A stretch of DNA of 64,000 nucleotides, from assembly GCA_946965045.2 (NCBI GenBank), contig OX337233.1:2046001-2110000 (forward strand), read 5' to 3'. This document shows, piece by piece, positions 21,885 through 34,514 of the stretch (the first letter of the stretch is position 1; every line of letters begins with the position of its first letter). Under the pieces are notes generated by a model. The model did not search any database. It was not told the origin of the DNA and saw only the letters and a list, made by a program, of their open reading frames with translations. Made by a program: the position numbers and the translations under genes. The stretch comes from Epithemia pelagica. Taxonomy: Eukaryota > Protista > Bacillariophyta.

Positions 21885-22607
21885 ATGTTATCGCATCAAT
21901 CAATTCTGCAGCGTTACGCTCTTCTGGCCCTTCTGCTTTTGGAACCAGCGTCCTCTTTGGTCCAGCCTTCAGTTCTCTTCCATTCACGACAAAACGTACT
22001 TGTCGGTGTCCAATCACAATCGCAACTGTACTCGTCTCGGCATATGGAAGATGAGGACAATACCATTCACAACCGCGACGAAACAGTGGAAAGTCTTGGT
22101 GGTCGTCGAGGATTTTTGACCAAGTTCGTTCTGGCGGCTACATCCTCCTCCATGGTGTTGTGGTCCGGCTCGGAAACAGCTCTGGCGGCATCGGATCTTC
22201 CCATGATTACAACCGAAGAATTTGGTATTTTGTTGCGCCAATCGGCCCAAGCCATTCGTGTTGTGGAATTTAGTGGTCCCCAAAGTGAAACCGTCACGGT
22301 CCGATTGGTGGATGGAACCGCCTTTGGTTTGTCGGATGTCATTGAATCCCCCGTCGATCCTCGATCCCCGCTCAAAATTGCGGCTCAATGTCGGGAAAAT
22401 CGTGTTCCCACCCAATTTGTCGCCCTCCAAGCCGCCTTGGCCAAGGCACCCAAACGCAACGTGTTGTATACCAACGAACGAGTCTTGGAGGCCGCCCAAA
22501 AGGAACGAGAAAAACAAGCTCGGATTCAACAAGATGAATTGGCGCAACTCTTTCAGCAACAACAGCTACAGGAACAACAACAACAACTGAAAGAGAAAAC
22601 TCCATAA
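21885..22607 (+). CDS. Plastid, probably thylakoid-lumen, hypothetical protein with twin-arginine signal
   Basis: Signal peptide, transit region, RRGFL plus hydrophobic stretch ending ALAA, then a small alpha/beta domain and a coiled-coil tail. Confidence 0.65.
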   Translation: MLSHQSILQRYALLALLLLEPASSLVQPSVLFHSRQNVLVGVQSQSQLYSSRHMEDEDNTIHNRDETVESLGGRRGFLTKFVLAATSSSMVLWSGSETALAASDLPMITTEEFGILLRQSAQAIRVVEFSGPQSETVTVRLVDGTAFGLSDVIESPVDPRSPLKIAAQCRENRVPTQFVALQAALAKAPKRNVLYTNERVLEAAQKEREKQARIQQDELAQLFQQQQLQEQQQQLKEKTP

Positions 22608-22913
22608 AAATAAATAAGAGGGAAAGCAAATATTCGTTTTAACTCCGTTTCTTTTGCTCTGGACAGGATTCCGTGTTAGGAAGACCCACATAGTCCCACT
22701 CGTTGACGTTTCCATTTCCCACAGGAACCCAGTAGGCCAACCAACAATATGAACAAACGTCTAAAACATGCTTTCAACAAATCATATTCTCAAAACCTCA
22801 TTAAGAGCGAAGAACCAACCATGTCGGAACAATGATTTCTAGAAGGAAAACGATCATCACTCAGTTCTTTCCTGTTGTATCATCATTCTGTTGGTTTCGT
22901 TACTATGTTCGGT

Positions 22914-25900
22914 TTAGGTATGATCCTTTAATCGCAATCGTGGGAGTACATTCATGGATTGCAATTCTTGAAACAAGAGTTTACAGGCATAGGGGATGCG
23001 AATGTCGGCCACCTTTTCACCCGACCGACAATACTGACACCAATTCTGATATTGCAACAGACCACAGGTCAAACACACATTGGCCGAAAAGGCATCGGAT
23101 GAATGCATCAATCGTTCCATAATTAAATTGGAAGCACCGTAGGCAATCAAACAATCCCGCTCCATCTCACCCAGACGCAAACCTCCATCGCGACTTCGAC
23201 CTTCCGTCGGCTGGCGGGTCAAGACGGCACGGGGACCACGAGCTCGGGCATGGGCCTTATCCAAGACCATGTGTTTGAGTTTCTGGTAAAAGACGGGGCC
23301 GGAAAAGATAAAACCATCCAAGGGCTGGCCGTTGGCACCACTGTAAAAGGCATCCTTTCCAGTATAATTCATGCCATTGCGAATCAAGGCTTCCGATGCG
23401 GCTTCCGCCGTATCGGCTGACCCAAATTCTTCCCCAAAGGCCGACGAATAAGCTTGTCGACCCTCCAAAACACCCGCCTTGCCCACAAGCAATTCCAACA
23501 ACTTGCCCACCGTCATGCGGGACGGAAATCCATGAGGATTCATGATCAAATCGGGACAGTGACCATACTCGTTAAAGGGCAAATCTTCTTCGTTGACAAT
23601 CAAACCACAAACACCCTTTTGTCCATGCCGAGAGGCAAACTTGTCTCCAATCTCCGGACGACGGACTTGTCGAACCATGACCTTGATGAGAAATTGTTCA
23701 TTTTCGTTGGAGGTAATGACCACCTTGTCCACGTACGACGGTGCCGAACTCTTGTATGATAAAGGGCATGGTTTGTAGGGTACGGACCGAGCCGCGGCCG
23801 CTTGTCCTTGCGCACCAAATCCAAATTCGGCGCCTCCCAAGTTACTCGTGGTATCGGTAGGCGATTGCTTATTCACCATAATGGCACCACTCTCCAAGAG
23901 TTCGCCCACGCAACAAATGCCGTCATTGTCAATAGCCTTGTACCGTTGAAATCGTTTGTCATTTTCTCCGTCGGAAAACAAGTTGACGTCCGGTGGTGCG
24001 CAGGTTTGGTCCATGGTCCCATTGGCATAGCGACGAACGCTGGTTTGATGTTTGCGCAAGACCATGCAGCGACCAAATCCTCGATCAATCGCGGCCTTGT
24101 TCAATATAATGGCATCTTCAATATCGTAGCCACTAAAACTCATGACGGCCATGCATGCGTTTTGACCACCGGGGATGTTATCAAAATTCACCAAATCCAA
24201 GGTGCGACTCTTACACAATGGTTTGTGTGGATAGACCAATGTATAAATGAGACCATCCATGCGCTCGTATTCGTTCATGGCAATGCAGCCCATGGCTTGC
24301 TTGGCCATGGCCACCGTATATGTATTTCGAGGAGACTGATTGTGATGGGGAAACTGATTTGTACCGAACCATGGCATGAGAAATAGGCCACACAGCAAAC
24401 ACAACAGCCGGACAAAATGAGCTCACAAACAAGCAAAGTTCACTTACCGGAATAACACCTCCAACGACACCCAAGACGGTAAAGGGATCAATTTCCAAAT
24501 GTGTAAACCGTTGTCGTTGTTTGATAATGGCGGGTGGCGTAGGGATTGACCCGGACGAAACAAATTGTTGCTGTTCGAGTTGTTGTTGCAGTAGTTGTTG
24601 TTCATCTTGCTGCTCCAGCAACAAGGCTCGTTCCAAATCTCGTTCCGTCACGGCAATCAATGTATTGTTTTCTTCGTTACAATCCACGTATTCTACCAAT
24701 CCCTGATGCAACAAATCACGAATGGTCAAAGTTCCCATGGCCACAGCCTCGATATGACGTTGTTGCAACTTGGCTTGCCCCGTCCCTTCTTGATCGACAA
24801 TCAACAAGGGTCTGCAGACACGTCCACCGTCTGTGGCAATATGGACGGCACATTGTTCCTCATGCAAATATACAGATACAAATTCCCCCGTCAATCCCCG
24901 TCGTCGCATGGACCGTAAGTTGCGGACCAAGGTACGTGGACGATTGTGGACGCCCAAAATCAATCCATTCAAAAATACCAAATAGTTGGACTGGGCCGAA
25001 TCATCCTTGTCGTTTTTATCGTTGTTGTTGCTTGCGAGGCGTTCGGCCGGATTGGCGGAATGGTCTGGGACCATTTTGGCATTCATTTCATGGCCCGTGA
25101 CACGTGTCACGGCCTCCACGCCCAAATCTCGACACAAGCGTTCGACGGGTTGCGTATCATCTTCCCCGGTAGTAATATGTGCGAGGAGTGCTAAATTTTT
25201 GACCAACCCACAGGCTTCTCCTTCGGGTGTATCGGCCGGACACAGCATACCCCATTGACTGGGCTGCAAGGATCGTGGTCCCGATACCTTGCGGGTTTTT
25301 TCAAACTGCGAATTGATCCGTGTCATCATTCCTAGGGCAGACATGTACGACAATCGACTCAAGACTTGTGTCACTCCAGCGCGGTCCATACGGAATCGTT
25401 TCAATACCCAATTACCCGTGGCAATCGCATTGATCATACCATTGGTAATGGTATCGGGTCGAATGGTTTTCACGACATCAAAAGCCGTGGCACGATTGGG
25501 TTTGGATAGCACCATATCGGCTTGTCGTTTCAAATCTCGATTAAACAATTTGAACAAATCTTCAAACAAGAGAGACAAGAGACTTCCGGCTAATTCCAAT
25601 CGTTTGTTCCCATAATAATCCTTGTCATCCAACGGAATTTTCCCCAAATGAACCAACAAGACACGTCGGACAATATGACCAATGTAAATGGCCTTGGCCC
25701 GGAAATCAAAATTTTCCACTGGTACATGACTCAATACGACATTGGCCAAAACTTCACGAGCTTCATCTTGCGGAAGAAGGTGCGCTTTTCGAGGCATGGA
25801 ATTGGAGGCAGGACCACCCGCACTACTGGCCATGGCTCCTCCACCACCACCGCCCTTGCTTCCTCGAATTTTGCTTCCAATGTAAATAAGGGCTTGTTCT

Positions 25901-27198
25901 TGCGTATATATCCCATGCCGGGCTGGTTCTTCCAAACTCAATGCCATGGCATGCAACAAATAGGGTTCTCGACCCACCACCAATTGGACCATTTCGACAT
26001 CGGCTTCCATACCCATGGCCTTGAGACAAATGCAAATGGGAATGTCTTCTCCCAGGGAATTGGATTTGAGATAGACTCGGCCTTGTTTCCAAAAAATATA
26101 AGCCTTGGATTTGCGTTCGTGGGTGGAGGAGGTGATGGAGGCACTGACACTATCAGTCTTGGCATCGTGTTCGACAATGACACGATTTTTGGACAATTGT
26201 TCTTGAATCAAAATGACTTTTTCGACTCCCTTAATGATAAAGTAACCACCAGGATCGTAGGGACATTCCTTGAGTGCCGCCAATTCATCGTGCGATTTGT
26301 TGGTCAAGATGCAATTGTGACTCTGCAGCATAATGGGCATGCGTCCAATCAAGACATTGCGTTTCACCACAATTTGTCGTCCCCTGGTATAGCGGACATT
26401 GACATAAATGGGTGCCGAATAGGTACAATCGCGCAATCGACAATGAAAGGGCGTAATGGTTTGCCATTGATAGGCATCTTCTTCGACGGTGGGTGTGGTG
26501 GCGACCCAACAGGCTTCGTACCGCAAGTAAAATTTGGGATCGTATTCGGACCGAATTTCACAATTGCTTGGAGAAGAAACAATTTGTTGCAATTCGGTCG
26601 TGACAAAATGATTGTAGGAATCAATGTGTTGACGCAACAAACTCCGCAATCGCAAAAAGTAGGGCAACAACCGCCATTTGGCTCGCAAGGAGCCGACTGG
26701 TGCATCGTCGGGGGTTTTGGTACTTCCGTAATCGTCGTGTCGAATGTTGGTGGTTTTGGATGGCGCTTGGTCATCATCATCGTCATCTTGTTGCACTGTT
26801 TTTGTATTCCGACGACTCGCCAAGGGCATTTGATCGACTTGATCCATGACGGCTTGTCCATGATGATGATCAAATCCATTGACTGGAAATTCCAACGGTG
26901 CCAAGTTTTGCCTTCGCCAGTCACGCCACAAAGCATCTTCCTCGTCATGTGAATCCTCCTTGATCGGGCTGATCTTGGCGTGGTCGTCATCGTCCTTCAG
27001 CTGGTTGTTGTTCTGGTTCAAGGATGCCAGGCAGGCACCGGGAGGTGTGCCACGGACTTGTCCCCAGTGACTCGACAAGGGGGAGACGGTGCTGGTATTG
27101 TACTGGTAAGCAATGGAAGCGGCTGCTGTACCAGTCGGGAGATGGCGGCTGCTGTGCCGACTCCCTTGTGTTTCTTGTTTGGGCAGTCGCTTCTTCAT
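22914..27198 (-). CDS. RPC2: RNA polymerase III second-largest subunit, 2 exons (intron 24354-24447)
   Basis: [79 protein letters not shown]. Confidence 0.95.
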
Positions 27199-27518
27199 GT
27201 TTTTGTTGGACCGACCGAAGGTATCACCACCACCACCACACTACCTATAAACGCTGCCCAACAATCGATGGAGCCCACTGTCAAGCGAACCAGAGAAAAC
27301 CTGAAAGCGACACCAAGATAACACAGGTATGAGTCAAGCTGTTCTTGAAAGTGTCCTATGGCCGCATTGTCCTCGTGTTTTAGGCCTTGTCTCGGTCTCT
27401 CGATCTTCTCGGTTTCGAGACACCCCAAAAGATTCAAACACGGGCGTCCGAAACGCGACCTCCTATCCATTTGGGTAGCGTTAGGAACGCATTTAGAAAA
27501 GTGGATCCATACGGAAAA

Positions 27519-29274
27519 ATGACCATGATGCGCTTGAACTCTAAACTGCTCATAATATTATGCTTTACGCTAATTCACAGCATTGTTCCAGTCATACCCA
27601 GTGTGGATCCACTGGAGGAAGTCGAGGTGGGCGCCCTTCATGCCGAGCCTCCTGTTGACAACGTTGATTCGTTGTCGACGCCGTCACGGTGCTCTCTGGA
27701 CTGCTTCAATGGAGGAATCTGTGTCAATAAGAAAACAATGAGAACAACGGAAAATCCAGTTGCTCGCGATATAGAGGGAGAATTTGAATGTCAGTGTACA
27801 GAAGATTTCACAGGACCGTATTGCAAAGTGGATCGTCGAAGACTCGACACAACAAACTGCGGCGCTATGCAATGCTTGTAAGTGTTGGTGTTGGACATGC
27901 GATTGACCTGCATTTCTTGAGAAACTTGTTTCCAACAGTCCTTCTGTTTTGCTTTTGGATACATAAATAGAAACAATGGAGAGTGTGCTGTGGGTCAAAG
28001 CTACGATTCATCATATGCGTTGTGCGATTGTTCGACCGCCATTGAAGTTGTTGGTACTGCCCCAAATTTCGGGCTTGCTCGCTATGTAGGCAAGTACTGT
28101 CAGATTGAAGTGAAAGCCAATGATTTTTGTAGCCGTGATATTGATATGTTCTGTGTGAACAATGGTTTGTTTCGTGTGCAGGCCATTGATTTTGTGGATC
28201 AACCCTGCGATTGTCCAGATGGCTTCACTGGACGGCATTGCGAATACATGGCGGAGCATGTGCAGCAGATGTTGTGTCCACTTGAGTGCTCAGGAGTTGG
28301 AATGTGTCAACATGGAATCCACCCATATAATGGAGCAAATGGAGCATTGGATCTGAATGGTGGAGGAACTACTGACTTCATGCATTGTGTCTGTAGCGAA
28401 GGCCATGCTGGATTGAATTGCCAGTACGACCACATCGAATGTGGAGGAAAGAGTAGATTCTGCTTTCATGGGTCCCAGTGTGTCATGAATGGAGCGACCA
28501 CAGGAGAGGAGGTCTGCGCATGTAGCAATGACAACGGAGTCAGATGTAAGTCTTCGTTGAGGTTTATCATCGTTGAGCAAGTATTTTTCGTTCTGTCTCA
28601 CCTGTGCTTCTTGTGCAGTGGTTGGTGCTTTCTGTGAATTCAAAGCAGCAGATCGTTGTAGAAATCCGACACCAATTGATGAGGTTTCGGCTCTCCAACT
28701 TTTCGACTCATCGAACAAAATGTCTTCGGCCGAGATTCCGTTTTGCGTCAACAATGGCATCTGTTACAAGGTTGCTGGAAGCGATGACCATTACTGCTCC
28801 TGTGATGCACCATCCTGGATTGGAAGGCGCTGTGAGATCCCCATGAACATAGTATGGCCCATCCAGGCGACGCCTTCTCCTACGTCGGCGGGTACTGGAA
28901 TTGTGCAATCTGCTCCTTCGGGTCTCCGTTTTTCCCTGTCCCCAGTGCCTTCACCGACTCCTTCTCCTACTCCCACTGGTGCGCTGGTAGCGGCCGCCAG
29001 AGCGGTTTTGCCCAATGCCGAAGGAATGTCTGCGGGAGGAAAATTTGGAATTGTGCTCGTCGTGTTTGGAGGAATTGCCTTTATTACTGTTATGGCCATT
29101 TACTTCCACCAACGAGCGTATTTCTTTGAACGAGTTGTGTATAAAGGTACCAATACCAGAGACAACGTGTTTCGCGACAACCATTCCCATTTTACGGTCC
29201 CCGACTCTCATTTCGCGCCGCCTGAAGCCCACATTTTACCACCTGAGAAGCATTCTCAATTTGGACCACCGTAA
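27519..29274 (+). CDS. Multi-EGF-repeat type I membrane protein, 3 exons; frame stays open after the TAA to 29520
   Basis: Signal peptide, repeated C-x-NGG-x-C...CxC-x-GxxC EGF motifs, Pro/Ser/Thr stalk, TM segment FGIVLVVFGGIAFITVMAIYF. Introns at about 27878-27970 and 28546-28618. Confidence 0.85.
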
Positions 29275-29891
29275 GATAGACACTCCCCTTACCCTCCACC
29301 ACCCGAAAGGCATTCTGACTACCGTCCACCTGAAAGACAGTATCCGACACCGGACGGATCTGAAATGGAAATGACGCCTACAAACTATGGTGAGAACGGT
29401 GAGCGGCCCAATAGTCTACATTGTTTGAATGGACTTCGGAATGGTGGGATTCAAAAACATTTGTACACACCCGCACGGACGTCGGAAGAAAGAGATTTTG
29501 CTAACGTTGAGTTGGTGTGAGTTTGGCATTGAAATGCACTAAGTGATGGCAGTCTTCTTTCTATCCTTTTACGTCGCGTTCCATGATAGGAACCATCTTC
29601 GAGCAACGCGACATCTTGTATATTTTCGACCGGTTGTGGACACGTTGTTGGAGCATCCCATTGAAATGGCCTACTCCTAGAACTACGAATCCCATACATC
29701 ACAGTGGAACGACATGCGAATAAAATCTACACCGACGACAGTGCCAACAGAAAAAGCCTGGTCATAGCAAACCCTGTTTGAAAAGTATCAACAATCGACT
29801 CTTTTGCTGGAGCCAAGTCCTCTGTCCAAGCTACTCCTTTGAACACTGCACCCTGCACCTCTAGACTCAGGATTCTACCAACGAATTAGTA

Positions 29892-31092
29892 TTAATGACG
29901 AGGTGCGAGGGCCGCCAAGAGTCGATCCATCTTTTGTTCCAACCGATCCAGTCGAGTTTCCACCCGTCTGGCATAGGCATCAATGCGAGATGACAAGTTT
30001 TCTCGAGTCAATGCATGATTGTTGCTTACCAAAATCATGAGGGTCAAGAGATTCTCGTAAATGGCTTCAATTTCGGCACTGTCGACCAAATCTATGCATG
30101 GAAAGAAAATAACAAACAATACCAAAAAGAAAAAAAACAAGGAAGATAGATAGGAAACAAAACATCAACTGGTGGTTAGAGACAGGTGACAACAAAAAGA
30201 GGCTCTCCATACAAACCGGCCAGGCCCATCACCCAAGGAGCACTGACACACACCAACACGCCAGCCACAGCCACAGTCGCCTTTAGTAGTACGTACTGTC
30301 ATGCAAGGCACATCCATGGACATTGTTTTCGGACAAGAGCAGGGTGACAGCCGCCGCACCGGCTGCGGCACAAGTTCCGGCCGACACGACAGGGGGACTC
30401 CCATCGCACACGGCCTGAAACCCACGATAGACTGATTGGGCCAAGGATAGTTGGAAAAGGTCATTGGCTTCCGACCTCGTATCGCATCGATCGGCCAAAA
30501 CGTTGGGACCCGTCAAACGATCAAAGATATTGCCCGTAAAGCCAAGTTGATTGTACAAAAGACTAACGTCGTCGCGGACTGGATAGGAGGGTGGGAAAAA
30601 GTTAACGCGCAATGTTTGTAGGGAACGCTTGAGCTCTTCTTCTTTTTGTTGTGTTTGCCGACGTCGTTGTCTTCGACGTCGACCTCCTCCTGGATTCGTG
30701 GCTTCAAACAGATTATTATCCCCATCCTGATTCGAGGCTGGTTCTGCCTCGTTGGTTTCTGTGGTGTCGCTGCTGTTATTACTGTTGGGGAGTGGGTTCA
30801 AAAGAGAAGTTACCACTTGTGTGCAGTAAAGTTCGTAGAGGAAGGGATTTTGGGCATTCAACAGGGTGGCCACTTCCAGTGTGATTTGAGATGTCCATGT
30901 CGTCGTCGTGTCGTTGTACGCAACGGTGGTATTGTCAAAGTAATGAGCAACGAAAAAATCCAATTCCACCAAACAGTCGTAAAGATCTTGATCGCTCAAG
31001 GCTTGAACCACCACAGACGACGAAGAGACGGAGCACAACAAAATGATTGCGGCAAGCCAAACTTGAAACCATCGTGATGATAAAATCATCAT
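29892..31092 (-). CDS. Secreted hypothetical protein with polybasic/RSL motif and C-terminal coiled coil, 2 exons (intron 30092-30296)
   Basis: Signal peptide MMILSSRWFQVWLAAIILLC. The spliced junction reads LHD-N-LVDSAEIEAIYEN. C-terminal heptads. Confidence 0.7.
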
Positions 31093-32070
31093 CGGGGACT
31101 CTCTGTGGATCCTGCTTCGAGTGGAACCCCAAAAAGTGTCTTGTTGGCATGGAATCGGTTCATTCTCACACAAGCTTTGTCGGAATAAAAGGTGGATTCT
31201 TCTCTTTTGGTTGATCAATGCTGGTAGAGCTGTAAACTAAGTGGATGCAAAACTTTTGCCGTATCTTGGCCGCCAATCATACTCTGTCGTTTTACATCCA
31301 CTGAACAGAACGCCCACACCGAAAAAGTTGAACGGACGATTGCTTTGTGGGAAGAGATCTCCAACCGAGATACTCCAAGTACCTGTCATAAAGGATCTGT
31401 TCTGCTCTTTGTGGGAACGATGCAATCGACGGGGGCGCATCTTTGAGAATGGGGCGTTTACGTTTGCTAGATGACTGGGCAATTGAAATGTGACCCGCAA
31501 TCCCCGTCCCAAATCACTTTTGCTTCTTGTTTGTGTATGAATCTCTCTGGGGATTTGGGAACGTGATCCCACTTTCTTATGAGAGGCTATAGTAGAGGGG
31601 GCAATGTTCCCGTCAAAATCCGACATGGGAAATTTTACGAGGCAGCGCGCGCGCGTTTGGAGTTCTGACCCCAAAACTACGGGTACAATACAACTAAAGA
31701 GTACAGTACGACTCACATTTTCTTGCTTCGGACTTGTCGGATGGAAGATGGATGCATAGCATAGAGGGAAACCAAAAAACCGTAAGGGATTCGGTCAGAA
31801 TACCTTGGCTAGTCACTTCCTCTCGGGACCTATTATGAACAGAAGGTGTTGATCCTTGGATTCACTGTCAATGTGGACTCTTATCCTGCTAATGGTCCAA
31901 CATGACGTAACATGGGAGTAAAAGAGGGCCGCTTAAAATGACCTGCCCTGGCAACAAGACGTTTTGTGATGAGACATCTATTCGTACCTGTAAAAGTCGC
32001 TCTGTCGCTCTGTAAAAAGGCCGACCGCTGTGGCATTTGCTCCAGAAGCTACACTAAAGAATCTGCTATT

Positions 32071-33513
32071 TTACGATTCACTTTGGAGTTTCTTGCAGGC
32101 GGTATCAATCCAACCGTCGTCTTCACCTTCTTGCAGCTTTCTCACATTGCCCATATCAAAAACAATTGCCGTTTTCAATTTGATGCTAGACAACGTTATC
32201 CCTATGTTGCGCCAAGACACATCTTCATGAACCAAACCTGATCTGTGGTAGTCGTTTGTCAAAGTCTCCCGAACGAGAGCAACGGTTGCCGAATACTCAG
32301 CTTTCGGAACCTTGGTAAAATGCGGCATCCTCAAAGCTGGTTCTCCGCACCATTCTTCGCGAAAGACTGGAATCGTGGGATACACCGTTTTCCATACTTG
32401 GAGCTCTTCATCGAGTCCTTCGTTTTCGCCATTCAGCGCGAATTTGAGTACGCAAACGGCCCCAGTGTAGCCACACATAAGCCAAACGCGTCCATGAGCA
32501 CCATACCCCAAATCCTCAATCGCAAAAAGATGTTTCTTGGGGTTGGCAATTGTGTTCCATTGAGGGCCATTTTCAAGTGTTAGGTGCGTCCATGCAGCTC
32601 CTTCGTTGCCTTTTATGAACTTGAGTATGGTGCGCTCTTCCAGCCGTGCGAACGGAGACTCGATTGGAGTTCTCTTTACCTTTAGCATTTTCAACAGAAA
32701 CGAAGCAACGGCACGCGTTAAAACTCCACCAGTCTCTTCTCTATGGAAGATGCGAGAGACACAAAGGGCTCTGCGACTTGTTTCTTCATCCTGCGACGGA
32801 GCAACAACATTGTCCGACTCTGGCTCGTCTTGTTCCAGGATCAAGTGTGGCTCAACGGTGGTGGTGACTGTATCTTCATACTGACCGCTATCTTCCGGAT
32901 ATTCCAGTTCCTCAGATGCAGCCGCCAGTAGATTGGTCTCTTCATCAGGAAACCACGCAAACCGCCAGGAGTTCATATTGGTCAAAATACCCAAAGCCGG
33001 ATAAGCACCGTAGAAATTTGGCAGATGCTTCATAAAATCGTAGAGTTCACCCAAAACATTTGGGTGTTCCAGAGCCAAAAACTCTTGTCCGCGTTTGTCA
33101 GGTTTCTTGACCTCGACGACACCCACTGGCTGTGAACGAACCGTGATACTCCACAAATCAGGCCGCAATTGGAAAGTTCCAACTTGGCTGTCGACGCCAA
33201 CCGTGTCGAGTAGTCCCATGGCGTCCAAAATACTTGTCATATATCGTTCTACAAGCTTGGCAACGTCGTTCTCGGTGATATAGGAGACGATACCGTCTCG
33301 AAGGTCAAATCTTGTCCGATAGTGTTTGATTTCTTGGAAGGTCTCGTCGCCCAAGAGTCCCATCTCCTTGACAACGGCGCTGGTGATCTTCTTGTGGTCC
33401 TTATCTGTCGGAATGGAGGGGCCCGTTTCAGAAACACCGAATCTCTTTAGAGTTGGTGGGCCCTCTCCCAACATGGGAGGAGTATTATCATACTTGCGCT
33501 TGACTCTAGGCAT
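32071..33513 (-). CDS. Crinkler/RHS-type restriction-endonuclease-fold plus protein-kinase-like fusion
   Basis: PD-(D/E)xK motifs (TENDV, RPDLW, VEVKK, GILTNMNSW) followed by kinase motifs (LGYGAHGRV, CVLKF, HEDVSWRNI, DMG). No introns. Confidence 0.72.
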   Translation of the reverse strand: MPRVKRKYDNTPPMLGEGPPTLKRFGVSETGPSIPTDKDHKKITSAVVKEMGLLGDETFQEIKHYRTRFDLRDGIVSYITENDVAKLVERYMTSILDAMGLLDTVGVDSQVGTFQLRPDLWSITVRSQPVGVVEVKKPDKRGQEFLALEHPNVLGELYDFMKHLPNFYGAYPALGILTNMNSWRFAWFPDEETNLLAAASEELEYPEDSGQYEDTVTTTVEPHLILEQDEPESDNVVAPSQDEETSRRALCVSRIFHREETGGVLTRAVASFLLKMLKVKRTPIESPFARLEERTILKFIKGNEGAAWTHLTLENGPQWNTIANPKKHLFAIEDLGYGAHGRVWLMCGYTGAVCVLKFALNGENEGLDEELQVWKTVYPTIPVFREEWCGEPALRMPHFTKVPKAEYSATVALVRETLTNDYHRSGLVHEDVSWRNIGITLSSIKLKTAIVFDMGNVRKLQEGEDDGWIDTACKKLQSES

Positions 33514-34514
33514 GGAGGTATGTACGTGAGACGATAGCGTATGGAGAATGCTCAAATTGTTGGAGCTCACCGGAATGTTATCATCTCAACACAATAGAGC
33601 CTGTGGAGTCGTTGCTTTTTCTCGGAAGGGTGCGATTGGGGGGGTACCTTTGTTCGTCCGTCATCCGAAAGGAAAAAAATTGTCTCGTATTTTTTCCCAA
33701 AGCGCCAGTCGGGTGATATCGCCAGCCTCCCTTCGATCGTTCGAAATCGACGCGCCGGTCACGCCTTGTATTGCAAGCACAAGGGCCAAGAATCGTCTCA
33801 CTTTTCGTGTAACACCACAAAAGACGACCATGAGCACACCAAAAACCAAAAGAAAACCATCCAGCCGAACAAACGACCACAGAGACAACTTTGTGGTCAA
33901 AACCATCCACGTAGATCACAGGTGAAGGCGGAATGCATCAAAGGAAGGATGACAACATGAAACATGACAATCAACCACTGCAATGAACAATCAACTACTG
34001 CGCAATGATGAAGCCAAGGTTTGACAGCGTCATCATGGGGTATATAAGCCCAGGAAGCAGGAAGCCTAAACTAGTAGTGGACTATGCTTTTATATTTCCC
34101 ATAGACAAAGTGCCAGGAGCTTGTGTTGATACTCCTAGAGGTGCATTGCACCATGTGCCATGTGTGTGTATTTCATGGTTTGGTGTGTGTGTGTGATGAT
34201 TCCGTGAAGCTTGATCCACTACTGCGTAAAGAGTACTGGCTTCGGAAACAGTATAGACTATAGAGTACAAAATGGGCTTGTAAATTTCTTTGTGCATGTC
34301 TCGTCACGTCTCACGCCCACGCGGTTCGTGCATGAGCGCAAGCGGCTACACAATAGGACCAAGCCAGTTATTACAGTTGGCTTGGACGTTAAATAATCAA
34401 ATTGGATAAACAGCAAAGAGTGTGGAGGCTAGTTTAGGTTTTTCTATCCAAAGATTTTGGAGTGTTCTACTTCCCGCTCGCTAACTCGCGCGCCAGCAAG
34501 CCACTTCGGATGGA

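Noticed and set aside
25648-26952. Long antisense ORFs (434 aa opposite RPC2; similar ones opposite IDH, aldolase, sigma and MAM33)
   Set aside because: These are shadows of codon bias on the strand opposite well-supported genes.
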